Position numbers and translations under genes: made by a program. A DNA stretch of 64,000 nucleotides from NCBI GenBank assembly GCA_965223545.1, contig OZ245006.1:2144001-2208000 (forward strand). The letters are read 5' to 3'. Every line of letters begins with the position of its first letter. Position 1 is the stretch's first letter. The DNA comes from Planctomycetota bacterium. Its GTDB lineage: Bacteria; Planctomycetota; UBA1135; UBA2386. Of this stretch, positions 31,523 to 40,139 are shown piece by piece. The notes under the pieces are model-generated. The model saw nothing but the letters and a program-made list of their open reading frames with translations, did not search any database and had not been told where the DNA came from.

Positions 31523-31901
31523 TCGGCCACAAGAGCCACGGCCGCAGACCCTCGACCGTTGCCACGCCGAGCCCATCCACGGCGGCGAGGTCCGCGGCAG
31601 TGGAGAACGGGCCGTGGCGCACTCGGTGCAAGACGATGGCCCGCGCCCGGCCGCGCCCGATCCCCGGCAGCGCGCTGAGCTCTGCCACCGTGGCGCGGTT
31701 CACGTCGATGCACACCGGCTGCAGCAGCGGTGGTCCACCCGACGCGAGGCGCTCGCACCCGCGCCAGAACGCACCCCACGCGCACCACACCGTGAGCGCG
31801 AGCCAGGCCCACAACAGCCGCCGTCGCCGACTGGCCGAGAGCGGCTGACGGCCCGCCGCCGGCTCGTCGGCCACCGTGACGCTGGCGGATGGACTCGTCA
31901 T
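31512..31901 (-). CDS. ComEA-like helix-hairpin-helix DNA-binding membrane protein
   Basis: TM segment then IDVNRATVAELSALPGIG..GPF..DLAAVDGLG; GGAGG RBS. Confidence 0.88.
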   Translation of the reverse strand: MTSPSASVTVADEPAAGRQPLSASRRRRLLWAWLALTVWCAWGAFWRGCERLASGGPPLLQPVCIDVNRATVAELSALPGIGRGRARAIVLHRVRHGPFSTAADLAAVDGLGVATVEGLRPWLLWPTTR

Positions 31902-31969
31902 CCACCTCCGATGGTCACCGCCAGCGTGATTCCGGCCGGATTTGGCCAGCGGCGCTCGAGCGGGCGACG

Positions 31970-32881
31970 TCAGCGGCGCGTCAGGTGGCTGCGCAGTCGC
32001 TGCACCAGCGCGCGCTCCGGTGGCGTCGGCCGGCGGCCCAAGCCATCGCCGCGCCGGATCATCTCGGCGGCGATGCGGTTCAGGCTGTGTGACGATGCAC
32101 TGCGCGGCGCCGAGACGGTGATCGGCGGCTGCCCCAGCCGGCGTTGGGTCACCGCCGGATCCTCGAGCACTTCGCCGAGGTAGCAGAGCTCACAGCCGGC
32201 AAACCGGCGCGCTACGGTGCGCAGCTTGTCGAACGTCAGCCGGCCGAAGCCGGCGTGCGGCGAGCGGTTGACGACCACCCAGATCGCAGGCCGCGACGGC
32301 TGCCGCGCCAAGCACTTGACCAGCGCGTATGCGTCGGTCAGCGCGGCGATCTCCGGGTTGGTCACCAGCACGATGTGGTCCGCCAGCAGCAGCGTCAGCA
32401 AGCTCTGTGGCGAGATGCCGGCGGCGGTGTCCAGCAGCAGTAGATCGTCGCCGGCAGCCAGGTGCTCCAACGCGTGGGCGAGCGCCAACAGCTCGCGTTC
32501 GCCGAGGTCGGCCAGCCGGCTGATCCCGGAACCCGCGGGGATCAGGTCGGGGCCGTGCTCGGTCCGACAGCGCGCATCGTCGACCGACACTTGACCGTTG
32601 AGCACGTGCTGCAGGGTGAGGCGTGGGTTGAGACCGAGCAGCAGATGGGCGTTGCCGAGACCGAAGTCACAGTCCACGAGCGTCGTTTGCTGGCCGCGGC
32701 GGTGGAACAACACGGCGAGGTTGCTGGCGACGAAAGACTTGCCGGTACCACCCTTGCCGCTGCAGATCGCCACCACCGACGCCTGGCCGCGCGGCGCGCC
32801 GACGGCCGCGCGTTGGCCAAACAGACGGCGCAGGACGCCGCCGCCCACTGGCTCGCTGTCGGCGCGTCGCACCACCTTCAT
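31970..32881 (-). CDS. MinD/FlhG(FleN)-family ATPase
   Basis: Deviant Walker A SGKGGTGKS, DCDFGLGN, LIPAGSG, LDTAAGI, PEIAALTDAYA. Confidence 0.9.
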   Translation of the reverse strand: MKVVRRADSEPVGGGVLRRLFGQRAAVGAPRGQASVVAICSGKGGTGKSFVASNLAVLFHRRGQQTTLVDCDFGLGNAHLLLGLNPRLTLQHVLNGQVSVDDARCRTEHGPDLIPAGSGISRLADLGERELLALAHALEHLAAGDDLLLLDTAAGISPQSLLTLLLADHIVLVTNPEIAALTDAYALVKCLARQPSRPAIWVVVNRSPHAGFGRLTFDKLRTVARRFAGCELCYLGEVLEDPAVTQRRLGQPPITVSAPRSASSHSLNRIAAEMIRRGDGLGRRPTPPERALVQRLRSHLTRR

Positions 32882-32911
32882 TGCCTCGCGCAAGGGTGCA
32901 TTGCGGTCGGC

Positions 32912-33844
32912 TCAGCCCTCGCGTTCGAACACCTTGATCTCACCCTCGACGAGGTGCTGCGCACCCTCGATCGAACGGCGTAACGGCTCCAGTGAGAGCT
33001 CCTGGCCGGCGGCCCCGCGGCCATTGGTACAGCCCTCGGCACCGTCGCCGGGGTCGGCACCCTCCTCGGTGCCACCTCCCCCGAGCAGCGCCAGGTAGCG
33101 GCGCGCGACCGCGTCCACGGCGACCGCACGTTCGCGGGCAGTGACCAACGGCAGCGGCGCCGGCTCGGCATCGCCTTCGCCGCAGACCACGACGAGCACG
33201 TCACGGCCGCGCACGCGCAGCTCACACAACTGCTCCCCGCTGAGCCGCACGCGGCGCGTGTAGCGATCTCCCTCCGCCAACAAGTCCGGATCCAATGCCT
33301 GCACGCGGGACAGAAAGGCCTCGGCAGCCGCGCGCACCGCGACGCCGTCCAGACCGCCGGGCACCGAGAAGCCATCCTCGGCGCTCAGTGCCGATGGCCC
33401 CAGCAGCGCGCGCACGCCGATGATCGTCTCGCTGCCGACCCGGAACGACATCAGGTCGTAGAGCTCGACGGCACCCGCAGGTAGCTGTTCGAGCTGCTCG
33501 ATCAAGCCCGACGAGACGTTGAACCCCAACGCCACGTAGCGGGGCGGCAAGGCGTAGTCGATCGACGCGTCCGGGCAGGCCCGACTGAGCAGCTCAATGC
33601 GCCGCGACACCCAGGCGCGCGTGCCGAGCACCGCCGCGGCAACGCTGCGGCCGACGCGCTCATCGGCGACGAACAGAAACACCGGGCGGCCGGCGGCGTC
33701 GGCGGCCAGCGCCTCGACCGAGCAGCCAGTTGCCAGCTCGAGATCGCGGCGCACCACTGTGATGCCCCGTTCAACGTCCGCCAGGTAGCGCTCGATCAAC
33801 TCCCCCGCGCTACGCTGGGGGTGGCTGAGTGGGCCGGAGATCAT
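32912..33844 (-). CDS. Hypothetical protein, possibly degenerate PD-(D/E)xK (NucS-like) fold
   Basis: ATG with GGAGG RBS; VEALAADAAGRPVFL resembles IDxLAxDxxGxxVxxExK. Confidence 0.55.
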   Translation of the reverse strand: MISGPLSHPQRSAGELIERYLADVERGITVVRRDLELATGCSVEALAADAAGRPVFLFVADERVGRSVAAAVLGTRAWVSRRIELLSRACPDASIDYALPPRYVALGFNVSSGLIEQLEQLPAGAVELYDLMSFRVGSETIIGVRALLGPSALSAEDGFSVPGGLDGVAVRAAAEAFLSRVQALDPDLLAEGDRYTRRVRLSGEQLCELRVRGRDVLVVVCGEGDAEPAPLPLVTARERAVAVDAVARRYLALLGGGGTEEGADPGDGAEGCTNGRGAAGQELSLEPLRRSIEGAQHLVEGEIKVFEREG

Positions 33845-34071
33845 GCATCCCTCCCTTGGAGAACCCACCGGCCCTCCCCGATACGGACACCGCGTCCCGT
33901 CGAGCACCCTGACCGGTGCATCGCGAACGCAGGCTTGCCCGAGTTTTTTGCAAACGCGAAGTCGTTTCTCTTGACGGAACCCGATCGGCTCCGTTGACGC
34001 CATTCTCGGCGGAGGAGAGGGGTCTTGACAACCCCATGGGGAGGGGTTTTGACGCCCCCCGCCCACCACTC

Positions 34072-34734
34072 CTAGCCGCCGTCGGTCCGGCGGCGGCGAA
34101 GTCGGTGGTTTCCCGAAGTCCGGTCGTCCGGATGCCCCGCGGTGCCGCCCTGTTGCGCGCGGCAGTAGGCCGCCGCCAACGCATCGGTGATATCCCGCGG
34201 CCCCGCCGCGGCGGGCAACGCCAGCTGCCGGCAGACCATCTCCGCGACCGCGTCCTTGTTCGCCTGGCCGTGGCCGGCCACCGCGCGCTTGATGCGGGCC
34301 GGCGCGAACTGATGGACGACGAGGCCGTGCTCTCGCGCTCCGGCGAGGATCACCCCGCGCGCCTCACCGATGCGCAGTGCCGCCGCGACGCTCTTGCCGT
34401 AGAACGCCCCTTCGATCGCCAGCTCGTCGGGGGCCAACCGCTGCAGCAACTCGGTGAGCAGCTGGCGCAGGCGCAGGAGTCGATCTTCGAGCGCGACGGC
34501 CCGGCCGCCCAACGAGAGCACGCCGGCGTCCACCACCCGCATACCCACGAGGGACGCCCCGCGGCGCACGACGTTGCCGGCCGCCAACGCCAGCGGCGGC
34601 GCGGCGCGGTCGGCGACCGAGTCCGCCACCGCGGCGGCGAGCTCTAGGCAGCCATAACCCACGACCTGACTGCCCGGATCGATGCCGAGAATCCGCAGCC
34701 CGCGTGCTCCGCCCGCGTTGATCGCCGCCTCCAT
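34072..34734 (-). CDS. ruvC: Holliday junction resolvase RuvC
   Basis: ILGIDPGS, AIEGAF, IGEARGV, GHGQANKDAV, DITDALA. Confidence 0.93.
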   Translation of the reverse strand: MEAAINAGGARGLRILGIDPGSQVVGYGCLELAAAVADSVADRAAPPLALAAGNVVRRGASLVGMRVVDAGVLSLGGRAVALEDRLLRLRQLLTELLQRLAPDELAIEGAFYGKSVAAALRIGEARGVILAGAREHGLVVHQFAPARIKRAVAGHGQANKDAVAEMVCRQLALPAAAGPRDITDALAAAYCRAQQGGTAGHPDDRTSGNHRLRRRRTDGG

Positions 34735-34830
34735 GTGCCACCGAGCATTGTGCGCTGCGGCCGCCGGTGAGGCAAAGTGCTTGTGAAACGCGGTTGGCGC
34801 CGGCGCCGCCGGCGGTAGGTTGCCGGCAGC

Positions 34831-35526
34831 GTGAAGGTCGCCATTCTGCTTCTGGCCGCGGGTCGCGGCACCCGGCTCGGTGCCGCTGTGCCCAAGGCAT
34901 TCCTGCGCTGCGCCGGCGTGTCGCTGCTCGAGCGGTGCGTGGTGCGCCTCGCGCAGCTGCCGGTCGACCGGGAGATCATCGCCGCGGTGCATCCCGACGA
35001 CCGGGCACCGCATCTCGCGCCGATCCTCGACGCTCTGCGCGCCGCCGGGCTGCACCGCTGCGTCGACGGCGGCGACAGCCGACAGGTCTCGATGCGCCGC
35101 GCGCTGGCGGCGAGCGCGGCCGACTGCGACCTCGTCCTGGTGCACGACGCAGCGCGCCCGTTCTTTCCGCTGCGGGCGACCGAGCAGGCCATTTCGCGCG
35201 CCGCGGCCGTCGGCGCGGCGTTGGTGGCGATCCCGGTGCCGGACACGCTGAAACGAGTCGGCCCGGGCCAGCGCGTGCAAGAAACGGTCGACCGCGCCGA
35301 CCTCTGGTTGGCACAAACCCCACAAGTCGCCCAACGGCATTTGCTCGAGGACGCCTTGCGACGCGCCGAGCGGGAGGGCTTTGCCGGCACCGACGACGTC
35401 TCGCTGCTCGAGCGCTGTGGCGTGCCGGTCGAGGTCGTGCCCGGCAGCCCCACCAACATCAAGATCACCAGCCCGGCGGATCTACCGCTCGCCGAGCGGA
35501 TCGCGCAGGAGATCGAACGACCATGA
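34831..35526 (+). CDS. ispD: 2-C-methyl-D-erythritol 4-phosphate cytidylyltransferase
   Basis: AAGRGTRL..PKAF, VHDAARP, AQTPQ, TDD, NIKITSPADL. Confidence 0.95.
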   Translation: MKVAILLLAAGRGTRLGAAVPKAFLRCAGVSLLERCVVRLAQLPVDREIIAAVHPDDRAPHLAPILDALRAAGLHRCVDGGDSRQVSMRRALAASAADCDLVLVHDAARPFFPLRATEQAISRAAAVGAALVAIPVPDTLKRVGPGQRVQETVDRADLWLAQTPQVAQRHLLEDALRRAEREGFAGTDDVSLLERCGVPVEVVPGSPTNIKITSPADLPLAERIAQEIERP

Positions 35527-36014
35527 ACAAGCTCCGCATCGGACTCGGCATCGACACGCACCGTCTGGCGGAAGGCCGCCGCTGCGTGCTGGGCGGCGTC
35601 GAGATCGAGTCCCCGGTCGGACCGGTCGGCCACAGCGACGGCGACGCCGTGCTACACGCGATCTGCGACGCAGTGCTCGGCGCCGCCGGCCTCGATGATC
35701 TCGGCACCGTGTTCGCGGACGACGACCCCGCCCACCGCGATCGCGACTCGGCCGAGTTCTGCGCCGCGGTCACCGAGCGAATCACGGCCGCGGGACTGGC
35801 AGTGGGCTCGCTCGATGTCGTCGTGGAGTGCGAACGGCCGGTCTTGAAGCCGCACCGAAGCGCGATGCGAGCCCGCATCGCCGCCCTGTTCGCGGCGCCC
35901 CCCGAGGCGGTCAACATCAAGGGCAAGAGCGGCGAAGGGCTGGACGACCCGATCGGCCGCCGCCAGGCGCTGCGCGCCACCGCGGTCGCCCTGCTCCACG
36001 CGACCGACGGTTGA
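35523..36014 (+). CDS. ispF: 2-C-methyl-D-erythritol 2,4-cyclodiphosphate synthase
   Basis: RIGLGIDTH, GHSDGDAVLHAICDAVLGA; ATGA overlap with ispD. Confidence 0.95.
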   Translation: MNKLRIGLGIDTHRLAEGRRCVLGGVEIESPVGPVGHSDGDAVLHAICDAVLGAAGLDDLGTVFADDDPAHRDRDSAEFCAAVTERITAAGLAVGSLDVVVECERPVLKPHRSAMRARIAALFAAPPEAVNIKGKSGEGLDDPIGRRQALRATAVALLHATDG

Positions 36015-36029
36015 CGCAGACGAAAGGCC

Positions 36030-38315
36030 TCACCGAGACGGGAGCTTGGCCTCGTCGACGGCGCCACCCGCGTCGGCGACGACCCAGACGAAGTCCAGGC
36101 TAGGCGGCAGCGTGCTGAGTCCGCGCGGCAACCGCAGCGCCCGGCGCACGGTGCGCTGGCTGTTCGGGCCAAGCCGGATCGGCCGGCCGGGGTCCGACCA
36201 CAACACCGCCCCTCCGCTTTGCCCGGTGGCCGCGCTCGAGTGCGCTGCGCGCAGCTGGGAGGTGTAGACAGCCGTCGCCGCGGCCTCTCCCACGTTGCGC
36301 AGATCGGCCGAGAACAACAGGACCGCGCCCGACGGCCCGCCCACGGCGCGGACGCTTGCGGCGACGATGTCGATCGAGGGCTCGGCGAACGCCAAGGCGT
36401 GGTCGACGGGAAGATCGTGGATGGCCTGCTCGACTCCCGAAGGCCAGCGCAACGAGACCTGCTCGACGATGCGGGCGGGACCGAGCCCCCAGTGCAGGCG
36501 CGGCGACGACGAGGCCTCGAACGAGTGGTTTCGGCTGAGCTCGCGGACCAACGTCACGCCGCCAGCGATCAGGCTGGCGTGCACGCCGAGGGCATCGCGA
36601 TTGCTGCTGCGTCCGGTCAAGTCCAGGCCGAACCAGCTGCCGCGGCGCGGAGAGTCGTTGCGGAGCAAGACCTGCGCTCCCGAGACGTTGCACTGCAGGA
36701 CATCGACATCGCCATCGTTGTCGTAGTCGCCGAACGCCGCGCCCCGACCGATGCCGTCGTCGAGCTGCAGCGGCACCTCGGAAAACGTCAGCGCAGGGCC
36801 GTTGTGATGGAACAGCGTGTTGCGGGTGTTGGTGCCGTTCACCAATGGTGGCGACGCCGGCACGAAGCCGTTGGACACGTACAGGTCGAGCCAACCGTCG
36901 TGGTCGAAATCGACGAAGCCGCAACCCCAGCTCGTCGCCAACAACGGCGGCGAGGTACTCGGGTCGTAGGTGACCTCGGTGCCGGTCTGCGTGGTGATAT
37001 CGACGAACGTCGGCCCGTCGTTGCGCAGCATCACGTTGCGGCCGAGGTTGGTGAAGTAGTAGTCGAAGTCGCCGTCGCGGTCGCAGTCGCCGATCGCGAT
37101 CCCCATGCAGTAGATGGCGATGTTGGCGCCCATTGCCGCGCCGCACTCGGTGAAGTTCCACCCCCCGGCCCGGGCGCCGTCGTTGCGGTAGATCTGGTTG
37201 GGCTCGACCGTGGAGCCGAAGTCGTTGCCCAACAGGATGTCGGCGTCACCATCGCCGTCGAAGTCGGACCAAGTCGTCGCCAGCGCAGTTCCGGCACCGG
37301 CGAGCACCGGGTCGGTGACGTCGGTGAACGTGCCGTCGCCATGCCCGCGGAACAGGAAGTTGGCCGACGGCGTGTGCACCGGCGGGGATGAGCCGGGCGC
37401 GATGTAGTTGCCGACGTACAGATCGAGGTTGCCGTCGCGGTCGTAGTCCCCGAACGCCGCCGCGGTGGTGAACGTGTAGATCCCCATCGCCAGTGCCGGC
37501 GTCGTGATGTCGACGAACCGACCACCACCATCGTTCCGGTACAGCAGGTTGGGCCCGTAGCGGGCGAAGAACACGTCCGGATCGCCGTCGTTGTCGAAGT
37601 CGGCGACCGCGGTGCAGAGGTATTCCTCGCCGAGCGAGACCGCGAACGGCGACGGCGACACCTCGGCAAAGGTGCCGTCCCGCAGATTGCGATACAGCCC
37701 TGGCGTCGAGACCCCGCCCGCCAGCAGCACGTCGAGCCAGCCGTCCCCGTCGAAGTCGAGGAAGGCCCCACCGGCGCCCATCATCGTGTTGTCGTCCTGC
37801 TGCACCCAATCGATGCCGGCTGCCGCAGTGACATCCGTCAGCACGAGCTGCGGCCCCTGAGCCTCCGGCGCCTCGAATCTTCGAGCTTCGACAACATTTT
37901 CGAGGCGACGCCGCTGACATGGCAACGTCGCCGCCGCGCCGGAGGCTCGGAGAGACAGTGCCTCCTGGCTCAGCGCGGCGGCGGATGTGTCAGAACTTCC
38001 AACCCGCTCCGGCAAGAGCGGCATCCGAGTTTGGTTGCGGCCGTGGCCGCGCTGAGCCTCGGGGTCCGAGAATGTTCGAGCGGCAACAACCTTTCGGAAG
38101 GCCCGTCGTCGCCGGGACTTCGATACCGCAACTCCCGGAGGCTCGAAGACAACACTGGCGTCTGCGCTCAGCGCGGCGGCGGATGTGTCAGAACTTCCAA
38201 CCCGCTCCGGCAAGAGCGGCATCCGAGTTTGGTTGCGGCCGTGGCCGCGCTGAGCGACGGCTGCCGCCGCGATCAACGGGACGACGACCGAGACCGACGC
38301 CACGCGCCGCATCAC
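36030..38315 (-). CDS. Secreted FG-GAP + ASPIC/UnbV (CRTAC1-like) protein with in-frame repeat insertion after the signal peptide
   Basis: DFDGDGWLD repeats, RLHWGLG..WPSG; duplicated 30-aa segment near the N-terminus. Confidence 0.85.
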   Translation of the reverse strand: MMRRVASVSVVVPLIAAAAVAQRGHGRNQTRMPLLPERVGSSDTSAAALSADASVVFEPPGVAVSKSRRRRAFRKVVAARTFSDPEAQRGHGRNQTRMPLLPERVGSSDTSAAALSQEALSLRASGAAATLPCQRRRLENVVEARRFEAPEAQGPQLVLTDVTAAAGIDWVQQDDNTMMGAGGAFLDFDGDGWLDVLLAGGVSTPGLYRNLRDGTFAEVSPSPFAVSLGEEYLCTAVADFDNDGDPDVFFARYGPNLLYRNDGGGRFVDITTPALAMGIYTFTTAAAFGDYDRDGNLDLYVGNYIAPGSSPPVHTPSANFLFRGHGDGTFTDVTDPVLAGAGTALATTWSDFDGDGDADILLGNDFGSTVEPNQIYRNDGARAGGWNFTECGAAMGANIAIYCMGIAIGDCDRDGDFDYYFTNLGRNVMLRNDGPTFVDITTQTGTEVTYDPSTSPPLLATSWGCGFVDFDHDGWLDLYVSNGFVPASPPLVNGTNTRNTLFHHNGPALTFSEVPLQLDDGIGRGAAFGDYDNDGDVDVLQCNVSGAQVLLRNDSPRRGSWFGLDLTGRSSNRDALGVHASLIAGGVTLVRELSRNHSFEASSSPRLHWGLGPARIVEQVSLRWPSGVEQAIHDLPVDHALAFAEPSIDIVAASVRAVGGPSGAVLLFSADLRNVGEAAATAVYTSQLRAAHSSAATGQSGGAVLWSDPGRPIRLGPNSQRTVRRALRLPRGLSTLPPSLDFVWVVADAGGAVDEAKLPSR
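37857..38255. repeat. Two tandem composite units (195 and 198 bp) built from about 90-bp palindromic elements
   Basis: Identical 90-mers at 37968-38057 and 38166-38255 (ends GCTCAGCGCGGC/GCCGCGCTGAGC); related elements at 37859-37948 and 38054-38144 (ends GAGCCTC/GAGGCTC). Confidence 0.92.
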
Positions 38316-39955
38316 AGTCCGACCTGTGCCAGGTCGTTGTTGATTCGTTTCAGCTCGCCGGTGCGCGACGTTCCGTCGGCGAAAGTCACGGTCACCACGA
38401 GCCCCTCCATCGCGCCGCCGTTGCCCGGGCCAGTGTCGGTGTCGACGTCGAACTCGAACACCTCACCCGGGTTGAAGTCGTTGAACTTGAAGTCCAACGT
38501 GCGGAAGTCGCCCGGTGAACGGCCGAAGTTGGACCCGACCCACCCGGTCGTGCCGGCGCCGCACGGCGTGGCGGGAGTGGCCGTGTAGTCCAGACCGACG
38601 TCGACGTCGGAGCCGTTGCGATAGGTGCCCATGCACAACGGGACGTTGCTGCCGCCGCCGTCGAAGCGATCCGCCATGCCGGTCTGATTGGTGTCGAAGT
38701 AGGTCGTGTTGGGAATCGACGACCGCACCCAGTCGAGACGCAGCCCGACGACGTTCTGCGTCGAGGCATTGATCACCTTCCAGAATCCGTCGCTGTCGTC
38801 GGAATTGAAGTTGTCCGCGCCCTCGGCGCGCACGATCACCGGCGCCGCCAAGTCACCGACGAGCAAGGACCCGCGATTGGAGGTCTCCAGGACGCCGGGG
38901 TTGACCGTCGGCGAGACCACCGCGGCCTGCGTCTCGACGATCGCGCCGGCGAACTGAGGACCGGCCGGCAACGGCAGCGTCACGCTGCCGGTGCGGGCGG
39001 GAATGTTGAGAGCAGCCGGCAACGACAGCAGCGGCGTCCCCACCAAGAGGTCGCAGCCGGTCATCCCCAGCGGGGTCAGGCTGAGCTGCAGCTGGCTCGC
39101 ACCGAAGATCACCGCACCGAGCACCGCATCCGGCGGCAGGCGGGTGATGTCGATGGTGAACGGCTGTCCCAGAGTCGGCACCCGGGACACGGGCGCACCC
39201 ACGGTGAGTGGTCCGTACGACGGCCCCATGTCGTGCGGCAACCCCGCGGAGAAATCGAACGGTCCATCGTCATCGACGCCGTTGCCCCCCGACCACCCGA
39301 CGAGCGCCGTGTGCGCCATCACCGAGGCACCGTAGATCAGGCTGACCTGACCGCTGGCGTGGAACTGGATCTGCATGTTGTTGGGCGAGGTCTGCCCCCA
39401 CTCGGGCACGTTCTCCCACGTCACCCACGCCACGCTCGCCGTCTGGTCGAAGTAGACCGCGCCCATGTTGGTCGGGTCGAGGTTCATGCCGAGCACCGCC
39501 CAGCTCGGCGCGTCCTCGAAGAACTCGCGCAGCAGCTGCGGCGTCGCCGAGCAGCAGCGCGGGCTGGTGATGGTCCCCGGCTCGAGATAGACGTAGCCGT
39601 TCGACGACACTTCGATCTGGTTGGTCGACTGCAGGCCCGTGGGGTAGGGGAAGTTGAAGAGCAACGACTGCGGCGTCGAGATCTGCTCGTCGACCAAACC
39701 CAGGTCGACCGCGGTGGTGGTCGGCAGGAAGGCGGTCGAGCCGGCAAAGACCGTGTACCCGCGCCGGCCGTTGGGCACCCAATCGAGCGAGCCGACGGCG
39801 TTGAGGTCGAACGACCCCGGGGCGAAGGTCTCGTACAGCAAGCTGTCGTCCGGGCAGCCCTCGAACGTCAGCTGGTATGCCCCGGCGATTTGCGCTCGGC
39901 AGGGCCAGACGGCGACCGTCAACGCGGCCGTGGCCGCGAGCAGAGAGATGCGCAT
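38312..39955 (-). CDS. Secreted hypothetical protein (nidogen-like beta region)
   Basis: Signal peptide MRISLL..CRAQ; FNFPYP..IEVSSNGYV..VTWENVPEW; overlaps start of the downstream gene. Confidence 0.75.
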   Translation of the reverse strand: MRISLLAATAALTVAVWPCRAQIAGAYQLTFEGCPDDSLLYETFAPGSFDLNAVGSLDWVPNGRRGYTVFAGSTAFLPTTTAVDLGLVDEQISTPQSLLFNFPYPTGLQSTNQIEVSSNGYVYLEPGTITSPRCCSATPQLLREFFEDAPSWAVLGMNLDPTNMGAVYFDQTASVAWVTWENVPEWGQTSPNNMQIQFHASGQVSLIYGASVMAHTALVGWSGGNGVDDDGPFDFSAGLPHDMGPSYGPLTVGAPVSRVPTLGQPFTIDITRLPPDAVLGAVIFGASQLQLSLTPLGMTGCDLLVGTPLLSLPAALNIPARTGSVTLPLPAGPQFAGAIVETQAAVVSPTVNPGVLETSNRGSLLVGDLAAPVIVRAEGADNFNSDDSDGFWKVINASTQNVVGLRLDWVRSSIPNTTYFDTNQTGMADRFDGGGSNVPLCMGTYRNGSDVDVGLDYTATPATPCGAGTTGWVGSNFGRSPGDFRTLDFKFNDFNPGEVFEFDVDTDTGPGNGGAMEGLVVTVTFADGTSRTGELKRINNDLAQVGL

Positions 39956-40139
39956 CGGGGCCCAGTCTAGCTCGTTCCGCGCGACCCGGAGGGCAGGCGG
40001 GCAAAGATACGCAGATACGTAATGAGGCCAGGGAGGCCCACGGGGATCTCCGGGAAGCTCTAAGATCCGAGGCCTCCGTGCCCCGGCGAACGCTTCGTCC
40101 GGGCACCCACCTCCGATTCCAACGAGAGAAGCCACGCCG

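Noticed and set aside
37857..38255. Possible CRISPR array or integron attC array
   Set aside because: Only two 90-bp repeats, the 'spacers' are homologous to each other, there is no cas or intI gene, and no GTTRRRY core sites were seen.
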